Shown piece after piece: positions 37,128-48,876 of a stretch of DNA of 64,000 nt. The first letter of the stretch is position 1, and each line of letters starts with the position of its first letter. Source of the stretch: Macrostomum lignano (Eukaryota); assembly GCA_002269645.1 (NCBI GenBank), contig NIVC01002599.1, positions 94,144 to 158,143 on the forward strand, given 5' to 3'. The notes beneath the pieces were generated by a model that was not told the origin of the DNA, searched no databases, and saw nothing but the letters and a program-made list of their open reading frames with translations. The translations under genes and the position numbers were made by a program.

Positions 37128-38057
37128 CAGGCCCTTAAGCCAGTGTTTTATTGTTTCGATCCGATTTTCGACTTACTTTCTCGATGCAAAGCAAGCAGCA
37201 TTTCTTCCTAGCTTTTTTTACTAGTTACTTTCTCAATAGTAAAGCGGTGTTATCTGTGTTGCTACCAGGCAACGAATATAGCATGTAAATCTTGCAAAAA
37301 TATATCAAGAAACGTTTATATTGTTTATTTTTTGTTTCGTTTGTCAAGCATGTTTTTTATAAGTTTTAAATTCTAATTTGTACATTGGCAGTGTTTTTCT
37401 TTGGCGTTTCTTGTTTACCGTATTAGGGGAGCTGCATTGGAGGAGCTGCATATAGTCGCAGGGGGGCGTTGGCCGCCCCTGGCGTAATCACTGAGGCAAT
37501 TCTGCCCATTCCGCTGACTTCTGAACACATACAAGCGGGTCAATACTGTAGGCAGCATATGCACTCTATAACTTAGTGATTAAATAAATTACAGGGAATG
37601 GAGTTTTTTGTTTCTTGAGCACAAAATTTGCAATTACTTTATAGTCTTCACACTCAGTAGTAAGCCTTCATTAAATTAGAATAAAATGCCTGATTAATAG
37701 GCCATAAATAAATTTATTTGTTTTAATTTATGAATTAGGGTTGTGGCGCGAGAGTCACACGCTTTTGGCACCTGAGTTGCTCCGCCTTAGCGTTGCCCAA
37801 ACTGAGGTATTGAATTTCTCGGCTTTGCCTGACTAATAGATTAGAACTCTCTCAAAGCCTTTTGTGCTGCTGTCTTTTGTCCTTGTTGGTAGGCTCTCAA
37901 TTCAACTTTAAAATTGAAATAATAGTTCCCGTTGTCATTGGCAACGTGGATATACAAGCTTGCCGGATGAGCAGAAAAGGCAGACAGATCGGAATGAAGC
38001 GATCGATGTGGAGAGCAAAGTTGAGAAGTCAAGCTTAGAGGTTTGACTTTGGCGTCC

Positions 38058-38546
38058 ATGGCAATTCTGTATCGAGCTCAGCCGCTTCTTGTCCTCACAC
38101 TTTATGCTGTTGCTGTCCGGCTGTCGCGGGCGGCCACTCGCCTCGGCGGCTACTGCGACAGCCAGCCGGACGCTTTCGCTTGCAGTCCGGGGCGCGTGGC
38201 CGGCGCCACAATCGGCGCCATCTTATCTGTCGGCCTGTTAGTTGGAATCATCGCCGCCTGCTGTCTGTGGCGCCATCGGGCTAACAAAGTGCGCTGCAGC
38301 AGGTCAACCGCTCGGCAGCAGCTACCAGAGCCGGCTGGGCAGATCCCCATGGTCCCAGCGATGTGGCCGCCGCCTCCGCCGTACAGTCCGCCAGCAGTTG
38401 GAGCTGGCGCTCTCCGCAATGCCGGCTTTGCTGCCGACGAATGCTTTGAAGAGCCGCAACAGCCGCCGCCGACGCCACCGCATCTAGATTCCATTCAAGA
38501 CAGTCCGCTGAAGCAGAAGCAGCTGGAAATACCACCAGTCAGTTAG
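38058..38546 (+). CDS. Small single-pass membrane protein with PPPY motif (Shisa/CYYR1/WBP1-like architecture), 162 aa
   Basis: Hydrophobic N-terminal signal, short ectodomain with 2 Cys, TM ATIGAILSVGLLVGIIAACCLW, basic stop-transfer RHR, cytoplasmic PPPPPYSP. GC-rich single ORF. Confidence 0.65.
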   Translation: MAILYRAQPLLVLTLYAVAVRLSRAATRLGGYCDSQPDAFACSPGRVAGATIGAILSVGLLVGIIAACCLWRHRANKVRCSRSTARQQLPEPAGQIPMVPAMWPPPPPYSPPAVGAGALRNAGFAADECFEEPQQPPPTPPHLDSIQDSPLKQKQLEIPPVS

Positions 38547-38961
38547 AAGTTGAATCAGCATGTACGCTGCTTCTTTCAAAGTGCACCGCCTTCTTTTCAT
38601 CGCGAAAGTTTTTTTTTAAGTTAGATTTTTTAGGTTAACAAACTTCACCGAAAGACACTTAACTAGGATTGAGCGCTTCTTTAATTAAATACTAACTCAA
38701 GTTAAATACATTTACTACATAAGGTTACACTTATAAGGTAACTTTAAAGTTGACAGAACACTTGAGCTCTTTATTACGTCAGTGGAATAGTTTCGTTCAG
38801 TATGCTCTAGAGAATGCACAGCTAGGCCTGAATGGGGTTCCGCCATAGACAAATCCGATTTCACTGAACGCACTGGCGATACGGCCGGCCTCCAGCTGAT
38901 TTCTAAGAAAATCAAGTGTAGCGTGTTTCTGCTTCAGTTGCCCGTGTGTCTACTCGTAGAT

Positions 38962-39101
38962 TCGGGTTGGCAAACTTTTTACTTAAAGGGCCAGATATGC
39001 GAGGGGAGATGAGAGGGGCGAATAGAAGAGAGCTGAGAAGAGACAAACCTTGAACAGGTCGGATTGCTATTGTGAATTTTCAAAGGATCCGAGGGCCGTA
39101 T
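38962..39101 (+). mobile_element. hAT MITE copy (same family as 47315-48016) lacking a recognisable right TIR
   Basis: gggttggcaaactttt...aagggccagat...gaagagagctgagaagagac...ccttga...ttgctattgtgaa..ttcaaagga.ccgag.gccg is shared with the 47-48 kb copy. Confidence 0.8.
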
Positions 39102-39650
39102 AGTAAATTTGTACAGCTACTGCAGAAATTTGTACAGCTACTGCAGTAAATTTGTACAGCTACTGCAGTAAATGTGTACAACCACTGCAGTAAATTGGTA
39201 CAGCTACTGCAGTAAATTTGTACAGCTACTGCAGCAAATGTGTACAGCCACTGCAGTAAGTTTGTACAGCCACTGCAGTAAGTTTGTACAGCTACTGCAG
39301 TAAATTTGTACAGCTACTGCAGTAAATGTGTACAACCACTGCAGTAAATTTGTACAGCTACTGCAGTAAATTTGTACAGCTACTGCAGTAAATTGATACA
39401 GCTACTGTAGTAAGTTTGTACAGCTACTGCAGTAAATTTGTACAGCTACTGCAGTAAATTTGTACAGCTACTGCAGTAAATTGATACAGCTACTGCAGTA
39501 AGTTTGTACAGCTACTGCAGTAAATTTGTACAGCTACTGCAGTAAATTTGTACAGCTACTGCAGTAAATTGATACAGCTACTGCAGTAAGTTTGTACAGC
39601 TACTGCAGTAAATTTGTACAGCTACTGCAGTAAGCTTGTACAGCTACTGC
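39102..39650. repeat. 22-bp minisatellite (~25 copies)
   Basis: Unit gtaaatttgtacagctactgca. Confidence 0.97.
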
Positions 39651-40341
39651 GCAGTTGACTGTCAAAGTAATCTAATCAAAAACGTTTTTCCTATGCCAGT
39701 CGCAGATAAATCTCGTGTACGCTTGTACTTCTGATAATATTGGCACGTACATTGTACTCTTTAGAGTTTGAATTCAAATTATAACTTCTGTCTAAAACTA
39801 CCAAAACACAAACGATATTACAAGTACAGTCCAAAAATGTTCACGAACCATTAATCGGTTTTATGAATAAAAATATATAAACTTCCTAGAAACCCATTGC
39901 CTTTTTAGGCCTTTGATTGGATGGAGGTCTTTCAGGTCTATGAGTGGATAAAATAGTGTTAGTATGGCACCCCATATATGGATACAGTATACACAAGATA
40001 ATTCTATAGCTGCATTCAAATACTGATTGAGCACGGCTAACTCTGTGGTCAGTCGCCCATATGCTGCATAAACAATGGTGATAATTAGCTGGTGACGGAT
40101 GCCAAACATTAATATTAACGTACACTGTACCTATCCAGTAACGGTTCCTTATATTTACCCACGGCTAACTTGCTGAGTCAATAGACTCGGTGTGGGATCT
40201 GTTAGGCTATATATGCAGCGATAGAAAGCAAGCAAATGCTCTGCGAGAAGGCAAAGGCTAATCGTACATGTACGTGACCAATCCGGGAGGTTCTCCTGAT
40301 CTTTGAAATCCATTAGCAATCACAACGGCGTTCAGTTTGCT

Positions 40342-42265
40342 ATGGTGAGTTTTTGCAGAGCAGTTGATGAGGTGTTTATCCATCTATACATCATATCGCG
40401 CATCAATGTAGGAATCCGCGCAGCTTGAGCAGATCCCGGTGCTGAAGCGCATCCTGCACGAGGACGACGCGGAGTCGCTGATCGTCCAGCTCGAGCTGGC
40501 CAAGCCTTTCTCTCTGCAGCAGATTCTGCAGCTTGGCATCGAGCAGCTGGGTGAAGACGCCGGCACTGCTGACTGCATCAAGTGCGGCAGGTCCGACTTC
40601 ACGTCGTTCCTCATCGTTCACTCAACCCTGCTGGAAGTGGCCGCGTGCACACTCGCTCTCAACTGTGTCACTCTCCTCATCGACGAGTTGGAGGCCGCAG
40701 CGGAGTTTGTCGCTGACGCCGACGCCGACGCCGACGCTCTTCATCGGGCAGTCGGAGAGTCAGTCGTGCCGCTGCACTGTCTCATTGTAAAGCTGTTCAC
40801 ACTGGGAGGAGGCGGGGGCGGCGGCGGCGGCGGCGGCGGCGATGCGGCATTCGAGGACCGGGCGGTGAGATTCGTGCGCCAAGTGTCGGCTGCGCGGCCT
40901 CGCTTCTTCCGCGTGTGCGCAGAGAAGGAGGCGTTCGGCCACAATGCTCTCGAGCTGGCAGTCAGTCTGCAGCTGTTCTCACTGGCTGAGTGCATTCTCG
41001 AGTCGGGCAAGTACTGCGGCGAGGTCAGTCTCGTAGCGGGCGTCAAGGTGCAGCGAGTGGATCTGAGCGAGTACGACTTCTTCTCGGGGGACAGATACAC
41101 GAAGCACCCACTGAGCATGTTGGCCACATCCGCAATGGAGGATACTCCAGATGCTTTAAAAAAGTTCATGGATCATGGCATTGTTAGCCAATGGTCACAG
41201 AGACTCACCAACTCCATGCGGAGTACGATGCTTATACGAGCTCTCGTGCTGACCGTGTACAAGATCCTGCTTCTTTCTGTCGGCTCGTCGTGTGTTTACT
41301 CGGGCGTGACCGTGACCCGGGTGCGGAGCGGCCAGGCGAACGACAGCTGCCCGCTCTACCCGCTAAACCAGCGCTGGCACTCAAACTGCCAGCGGCCTTC
41401 TGCAAAGCTCGGTCTTGTGCTCCTCCTCATCTGCTACGTCGCTGAGAGCCTCCTGACCGTCTGCTCGAACTGCGTGTTCGCCTGCATGACACGAGGAGCC
41501 GTTTCGCGGTGTCGCGCCATCGTCCAGCACGCTTTGAGCAACAGCCAGATGCCCGTGGCTGTCGGTATCCTGCTTAACTCTGTCCTGACGCTAGTTCTCG
41601 CGATCGGCGCGGTTGAACACGCGTCTTCTCTGACCCTGGCCATCACCGATCGGGACGTCTACTTGAAGCTGCTGGACTACTCCATCAGCCTGCTGTACAT
41701 TCTGACCATCTTAACAATTGTGTTCGACTGGATGCTGGTGGTTGAGAGCATCGCCCTGCTGTGGAAAGTGATGAGCACCTTTGCCTTTTTCCTGGCCATC
41801 ATATTCAGCTTAATAGCCCTGTTTCTCTGGCTAATCGCCCTGATTGTGCCGTGCGAGCCCAGCTTCAATGTGAACGTGAACAGCAACTTGTTCACGGAGG
41901 GCCTGCTCGTATTCTACCTGCTGATTAACAATGGCGGCTTGTCCAGTGAATCTATCAGAGCGCTCGGCATCGTCTACCTGGTCATGCACGCCCTTATTGT
42001 GCTGTTCTGCTTCAACTTTCTAATTGCCCTGCTGTCTGAGCGGCTGTCCAAGGCTGCTAGCAGCAGTCGCTACGTCTGTTTGGCCTATCGGCTGCACGTG
42101 CGGTTCATTGGGCTGATGGCGCCGGCTTATCTAATCCGCTTGTCACCTGGATCCAAGACTGTAGGCCGCCTCTGCTGCTGCTGCCGCTGCTTGAAGAGCT
42201 TTCTGGGGAAAATTGTCCCAGATTGTTGTTTCCTCTATCGATTGGCTGAGCCTATGACTAACTGA
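40342..42265 (+). CDS. Divergent TRPV-like channel, paralogue 2 (exons 40342-40344 ATG, 40412-42265; 618 aa)
   Basis: Same architecture as paralogue 1; ATG|gtgagt intron 40345-40411 in phase 0; pore FYLLINNGGL; S6 LFCFNFLIALLS. Confidence 0.75.
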
Positions 42266-42469
42266 GCTTTGTTGAGCCAACTCGTTGCTTTGTTTACAGC
42301 TTCCTGCCCTTCTCTACTCTACTTAGCTGTAAGTAGTTTGCAACGTATTTTATTGATTAGCAACTGAACGACCTATAAATTAGAAAAGTTGACAGTTTAT
42401 GCAGAATACGCGGATGTTAAGAAGCTATATATAATTATTTTTTCTTTGCTCTGGTAAACAGGTGGTGCC

Positions 42470-43310
42470 CTTGTGCACACTTGCTCTAGTGCACAGGTGC
42501 TCTGGTGCACAGTTGCTCTGGTGCACAGGTGCTCTGGTGCACAGGTGCTCTGGTGCACAGGTGCTCTGGTGCACAGGTGCTCTGGTGCACAGGTGCTCTG
42601 GTGCACAGGTGCTCTGGTGCACAGGTGCTCTGGTGCACAGGTGCTCTGGTGCACAGGTGCTCTGGTGCACAGGTGCTCTGGTGCACAGGTGCTCTGGTGC
42701 ACAGGTGCTCTGGTGCACAGGTGCTCTGGTGCACAGGTGCTCTGGTGCACAGGTGCTCTGGTGCACAGGTGCTCTGGTGCACAGGTGCTCTGGTGCACAG
42801 GTGCTCTGGTGCACAGGTGCTCTGGTGCACAGGTGCTCTGGTGCACAGGTGCTCTGGTGCACAGGTGCTCTGGTGCACAGGTGCTCTGGTGCACAGGTGC
42901 TCTGGTGCACAGGTGCTCTGGTGCACAGGTGCTCTGGTGCACAGGTGCTCTGGTGCACAGGTGCTCTGGTGCACAGGTGCTCTGGTGCACAGGTGCTCTG
43001 GTGCACAGGTGCTCTGGTGCACAGGTGCTCTGGTGCACAGGTGCTCTGGTGCACAGGTGCTCTGGTGCACAGGTGCTCTGGTGCACAGGTGCTCTGGTGC
43101 ACAGGTGCTCTGGTGCACAGGTGCTCTGGTGCACAGGTGCTCTGGTGCACAGGTGCTCTGGTGCACAGGTGCTCTGGTGCACAGGTGCTCTGGTGCACAG
43201 GTGCTCTGGTGCACAGGTGCTCTGGTGCACAGGTGCTCTGGTGCACAGTTGCTCTGGTGCACAGGTGCTCTGGTGCACAGGTTCTCTGGTACACAGGTGC
43301 TCTGGCGCAC
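42470..43310. repeat. 16-bp minisatellite (~50 copies, core essentially invariant)
   Basis: Unit gctctggtgcacaggt; variants only at the array edges. Confidence 0.98.
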
Positions 43311-43660
43311 TCTGTGCTGTTATTACCAAACTACTCGCAAGGACATCTGGAGGTCGATCCGAGTTGGTGCACAATTCAATCAGTGCTTTAGTTATTTTGG
43401 CACTTTGAAAAATGGCTCAGTAACTTCTGCAAATCACCTAGAATGTGGAGCAATTTCGCCATTAAACCCTTAATCAGGTAATCCCCAAGCTGTCGCATTT
43501 GTTGCGCGAAATAAAATTTAATAAACTATAGAATAGCGCCAAGTTGATTTTGAAACTTTCTTCGTCTTTGCTCGATGCTAGAGAGATTACTGACTGATGC
43601 GGGGGATTCTTCCCGCACCCCTTCAGTCCCACCCAATCGTCTGGGGTAATTAACGCCCAC

Positions 43661-43738
43661 CTGAGCTTGCCTCCTCGGATTTCCAGGCTCGAGTTGTCAC
43701 TCATGCGAGCCATTTTGCCAATTCGACTCTTTAGCCGC
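43661..43738 (-). CDS. Candidate isolated exon of unidentified gene (RLKSRIGKMARMSDNSSLEIRGGKL)
   Basis: ctctttgatttacag acceptor and gtgggc donor on the minus strand, open phase 2-2 frame; no homology recognised. Confidence 0.25.
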
Positions 43739-43994
43739 CTGTAAATCAAAGAGATTGCAAGTACTCGTATGCAGCCGTGCACTTTTGGCAGTGCAGAGCT
43801 GCAGTTTTGCTTGTTGGACAGTGGATAACAACTGGAGGTCAACATATTCAATGGTAACGGAATCTACTTTGTACAGGGGGTAACTCAGTAGTTTGTTAAT
43901 TTTATCTCATCCATTAAAACTAAAAGCTAACGGTAAATAAATAATAGTAGATACAAGTTACTTATATAGTTTACTACAGTTGTCACCCAACCAT

Positions 43995-45070
43995 TGTTTT
44001 GTCTCCCAACTGATATCTATTGTCACCTAAATGATATCTATTGTTGTCACCGAACTGATACCTATTGTCACCGAACTGATACCTATTGTCACCTAACTGA
44101 TATCTATTGTCACCTAACTGATATCTATTGCCACCTAACTGATATCTTTTGTCACCTAACTGATTTGTATTGTCACCTAACTGATATCTATTGTCACCTA
44201 ACTGATATCTATTGTCACCTAACTGATATCTTTTGTCACCTAACTGATTTGTATTGTCACCTAACTGATATCTATTGTCACCTAACTGATATCTATTGTC
44301 ACCTAACTGATATCTATTGTCACCTAACTGATACCTATTGTCACCTAAATGGTATCTATTGTTGTCACCTAACCGATATCTATTGTCACCTAACTGATAC
44401 CTATTGTCACCTAAATGGTATCTATTGTTTTCACCTAACCGATACCTATTGTCACCCAACTGATATATATTGTCACCTAAATGATATATATTGTCACCTA
44501 GCTGATATCTATTGTCACCTAACTGATATCTATTGTCACCTAACTGATATATATTGTCACCTAGCTGATATCTATTATCACCTAACTGATATCTATTGTC
44601 ACCTAACTGATATCTATTGTCACCTAACTGATATCTATTGTCACCTAACTGATATCTATTGTCACCTAACTGATGTCTATTGTCACCTAACTGATATCTA
44701 TTGTCACCTAACTGATATCTATTGTCACCTAACTGATGTCTATTGTCACCTAACTGATATCTATTGTCACCGAACTGATACCTATTGTCACCTAACTGAT
44801 ATCTACTGTCACCTAACTGATACCTATTGTCACCTAACTGATATCTATTGTCACCTAACTGATATCTATTGTCACCTAACTGATATCTATTGTCACCTAA
44901 CTGATACCTATTGTCACCTAAATGATATCTACTGTCACCTAAATGATACCTATTGTCACCTAACTGATACCTATTGTCACCAAACTGATATCTATTGTCA
45001 CCTAACTGATATCTATTGTCACCCAACTGATATCTATTGTCACCTAACTGATATCTATTGTCACCTAACA
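43995..45070. repeat. 21-bp minisatellite (~50 copies)
   Basis: Unit tgtcacctaactgatatctat. Confidence 0.97.
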
Positions 45071-45584
45071 GTCCAACGCATCTAATTTTAAACACATCTA
45101 ACAGTTTAACAGTAACAGTGAATACAAAAAGAAATTTATTCTCCAGTGTCTGCTCAAAGCATTAATTTTTATCGCAGCATTGTTCTCAAAGCAAGAAATG
45201 AAATAAATCTGCTCATTCGAGAAGAATCAATTCCTATTGCATTAATCCAGCAAGAATCCACTATATATTAAACTGATTGAACTGATGCAAGGCAAGCATT
45301 TGTCTACTCTGATACAGTAGCCTGATATTGAAACACGAGACTCTCTGAAACAATGATGCAGTATTGAACGCGTATTGGATGCAGTGTGCATTTTTATCCC
45401 GTTTTAATCACTGCCGAATCATGCTAGCCTGTCATTGTTTTGCATGGTTACGAGGAGCATTCTGTAGCTGGCAATAAGAGAGGCTCGAACCATCTATATA
45501 GGGATTAATTTAATAATTCCAACTCTCTGCTGGTTAACAAACTAACAGTTTGCAGAAACTCCAGCTTTTATTGAAATCAAATGA

Positions 45585-46720
45585 TCCAGATAGGTGATTC
45601 CCAGTAGATAATCACTCCCAGATAGCTGATTCTCTGTAGATAATCACTCCCAGATAGCTGATTCTCTGTAGATAATCACTCCCAGATAGCTGATTCTCTG
45701 TAGATAATCACTCCCAGATAGCTGATTCTCTGTAGATAATCACTCCCAGATAGCTGATTCTCTGTAGATAATCACTCCCAGATAGCTGATTCTCTGTAGA
45801 TAATCACTCTCAGATAGCTGATTCTCTGTAGATAATCACTCCCAGATAGCTGATTCTCTGTAGATAATCACTCCCAGATAGCTGATTCTCTGTAGATAAT
45901 CACTCCCAGATAGCTGATTCTCTGTAGATAATCACTCTCAGATAGCTGATTCTCTGTAGATAATCACTCCCAGATAGCTGATTCTCTGTAGATAATCACT
46001 CCCAGATAGCTGATTCTCTGTAGATAATCACTCCCAGATAGGTGATTCCTTGTAGATAATCACTCCCAGATAGGTGATTTGCAATATAGATAATCACTCC
46101 CAGATAGGTGATTTGCAATATAGATAATCACTCCCAGATAGGTGATTTGCAATATAGATAATCACTCCCAGATAGGTGATTCTCTGTAGATAATCACTCC
46201 CAGATAGCTGATTCTCTGTAGATAATCACTCCCAGATAGCTGATTCCTTGTAGATAATCACTCCCAGATAGGTGATTCTCTGTAGATAATCACTCCCAGA
46301 TAGCTGATTCTCTGTAGATAATCACTCCCAGATAGGTGATTCTCCGTAGATAATCACTCCCAGATAGCTGATTCTCTGTAGATAATCACTCCCAGATAGC
46401 TTATTCTCTGTAGATAATCACTCCCAGATAGGTGATTCCTTGTAGATAATCACTCCCAGATAGGTGATTCTCTGTAGATAATCACTCCCAGATAGCTGAT
46501 TCTCTGTAGATAATCACTCCCAGATAGCTGATTCTCTGTAGATAATCACTCCCAGATAGCTGATTCTCTGTAGATAATCACTCCCAGATAGCTGATTCTC
46601 TGTAGATAATCACTCCCAGATAGGTGATTCCTTGTAGATAATCACTCCTAGATAGGTGATTTGCAATATAGATAATCACTCCCAGATAGGTGATTTGCAA
46701 TATAGATAATCACTCCCAGA
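45585..46720. repeat. 32-bp minisatellite (~35 copies)
   Basis: Unit agataatcactcccagatagctgattctctgt. Confidence 0.97.
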
Positions 46721-47314
46721 TATGGGACTCGCTAGTGTGGACAGTCGCTTTATCACCCGGTAGATAATCAACTCCCAGGTGAATGATTAGACTGTAGATA
46801 ATCATCCCCTATGTTAGGCAAAGCCTGACAAAGAAACGGCCTTCCCTAGATAGGGGTTTATTTTTAAGCAGGACCTCAAAATGCACAAGAACCTCAGCAG
46901 AAGGAAGCTACGATGCAGAGCTCACAAATTGCAATTTTAAGCGCGGCTGCAGGTGGCCGGAGGAGAAGGTGACACGGACAATTTGAGTGGCAACAAACAG
47001 AGGCCAGGTTTGCGTGTAAATCTGTGAGAGCGGCTCAAGGCGGAGCAGAGTCGGGGCTGAGCAGGATGAACAGCTGCACAAAAAGCCAGTCCCAATTACA
47101 GGCTGGTCTCACGACTGTCCCGAGCTTGGGTCCTCTTGTCCTTGTTGAGACTGCGTGAGGACTGCAGCTACTGAGCTCAAGGCTTCGCTTTGACAATTAT
47201 CAATCGGAATTAGTCTGAGCCCTCTCTCTCCAGTGTTTAATAGACTTTTACTAAACACTCGTCACTTGTTTTTCAACCCCTCTTCATTTATTCATCAAAT
47301 ACTGTGAATTAGTG

Positions 47315-48016
47315 CCGAGGTAGGCTAACTCTTTGTCTTAAGGGCCAGATGGAGAACCTGGCCCATGACTGCGGGCCACAGGAGGGGAGAGAGGAGATGG
47401 AATAGAAAAGAGACGAGAGAAGATAATAGAAGGGAGAGGAGAAGAGATAAGAAAGGAGAGAGGAGAGGAGGGAGAGAAAAGAAGAGAGAGAGGAGAGGAG
47501 AGGAGAGGAGAGGAGAGAGGAGAGGAGAGGAGAGGAGAGGAGAGGAGAGGAGAGGAGAGGAGAGGAGAGGAGAGGAGAGAGGAGAGGAGAGGAGAGGAGA
47601 GGAGAGGAGAGAAGAGAGGAGACAAGAGGAGAGGAGAGGAGAGAAGAGAGGAGACAAGAGGAGAGGAGAGGAGAGAAGAGGAGAGAAGAGAAGAGAGGAG
47701 ACAAGAGGAGAGGAGAGGAGAGGAGAGGAGAGGAGAGGAGAGGAGAGGAGAGGAGAGAGGAGAGGAGAGAAGAGAGGGAGAGGAGAGGAGAGGAGAGGAG
47801 AGGAGAGGGGAGGAGAGGAGAGGAGAGGAGAGGAGAGGAGAGGAGAGGAGAGGAGAGAAGAGGAGAGGAGAGAGGAGAGGAGAGGAGAGGAGAGGAGAGA
47901 AGAGAGGGAGAGATGAGATTAGAGAAGAGAGCTGAGAAGAGACACCAACCTTGAGCGGGCCATATTGCTATTGTGAAGTTTCAAAGGACCCGAGAGCCGG
48001 AGGTTGCAGACCCCTG
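47315..48016 (+). mobile_element. hAT MITE with 8-bp TSD and internal (GGAGA)n expansion
   Basis: TSD aattagtg at 47307-47314 and 48017-48024; right end gttgcagacccctg, degenerate left end ccgaggtaggctaac; ~500 bp of purine-rich (GGAGA)n inside. Confidence 0.9.
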
Positions 48017-48876
48017 AATTAGTGCAATTATAAATCGAATAGCACTGCTTGACCTTGGCTGCGCGCTAAGTTTCTCGAATATCACGATATACTTGAATTA
48101 ATCCAATAATCCCTATCATTTGCGCTCGATACAGTTTGTCGAAAGAGGCCTGACTGCATGTATACAGGATCAAGGATAAGTATGTATGAAAGGTACGGTA
48201 GCCATAGGAGATAAGAGGAAACAGGATATGTCTTAGCCATACAGGTAGACGAGAGGCTCATTTACAACTAAACTGAGTGGCCTCCTCCGATGTCAAGTTT
48301 TGTGCTTTTTGTGCTTTCATTTACGAGTATACAAAGACATGGCGGATTCCGCGTGCTTGGGGACTTCTCACACAGGATATAGCTGAGTTCTCCTAGGCTC
48401 TTATTCAATAATTCATTGGACTAACCGGGAATTAAGCTGGATTAAGAGGTGGCCCTGACGAACCTGCTGGATTTCGAGAGTTTATTAAGCGCGCCCATGA
48501 CATTAGCGCGCCTGTGTATTTTTTGGCAGCCAATGTTCAGGATTCGATGAAAATAAGTATTTTCTATTGAAAGTGAAGCTGTGTTATGCACGAGGGATAA
48601 AAACCTGTTGTCTGGTAATTAGTGGGCACTTATGTCAGTTGCTGCCAAGTAAAGTACGCTTTTGTCAACAATCTGCCAATTAAAGTGCGCTTATTGATAA
48701 TGTCTGTGACTGTCTTTGAAACGCGTACTTGTGTCATGCGCGTGTTTTTTTATTATATCACGCGAGAATAATAGAGAAGTCACGTGATCAGTGAATATGT
48801 GAGCCATGGACACCTAAAAGTAGAACTTGGGCTCTACACTCGAAAATGGTGATAAAAGGCAATTTGCAAGCAACAG

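Noticed and set aside
42397-45095. Repetitive ORFs in all frames (16-bp and 21-bp arrays)
   Set aside because: Stop-free tandem repeats open on both strands; no evidence of coding.
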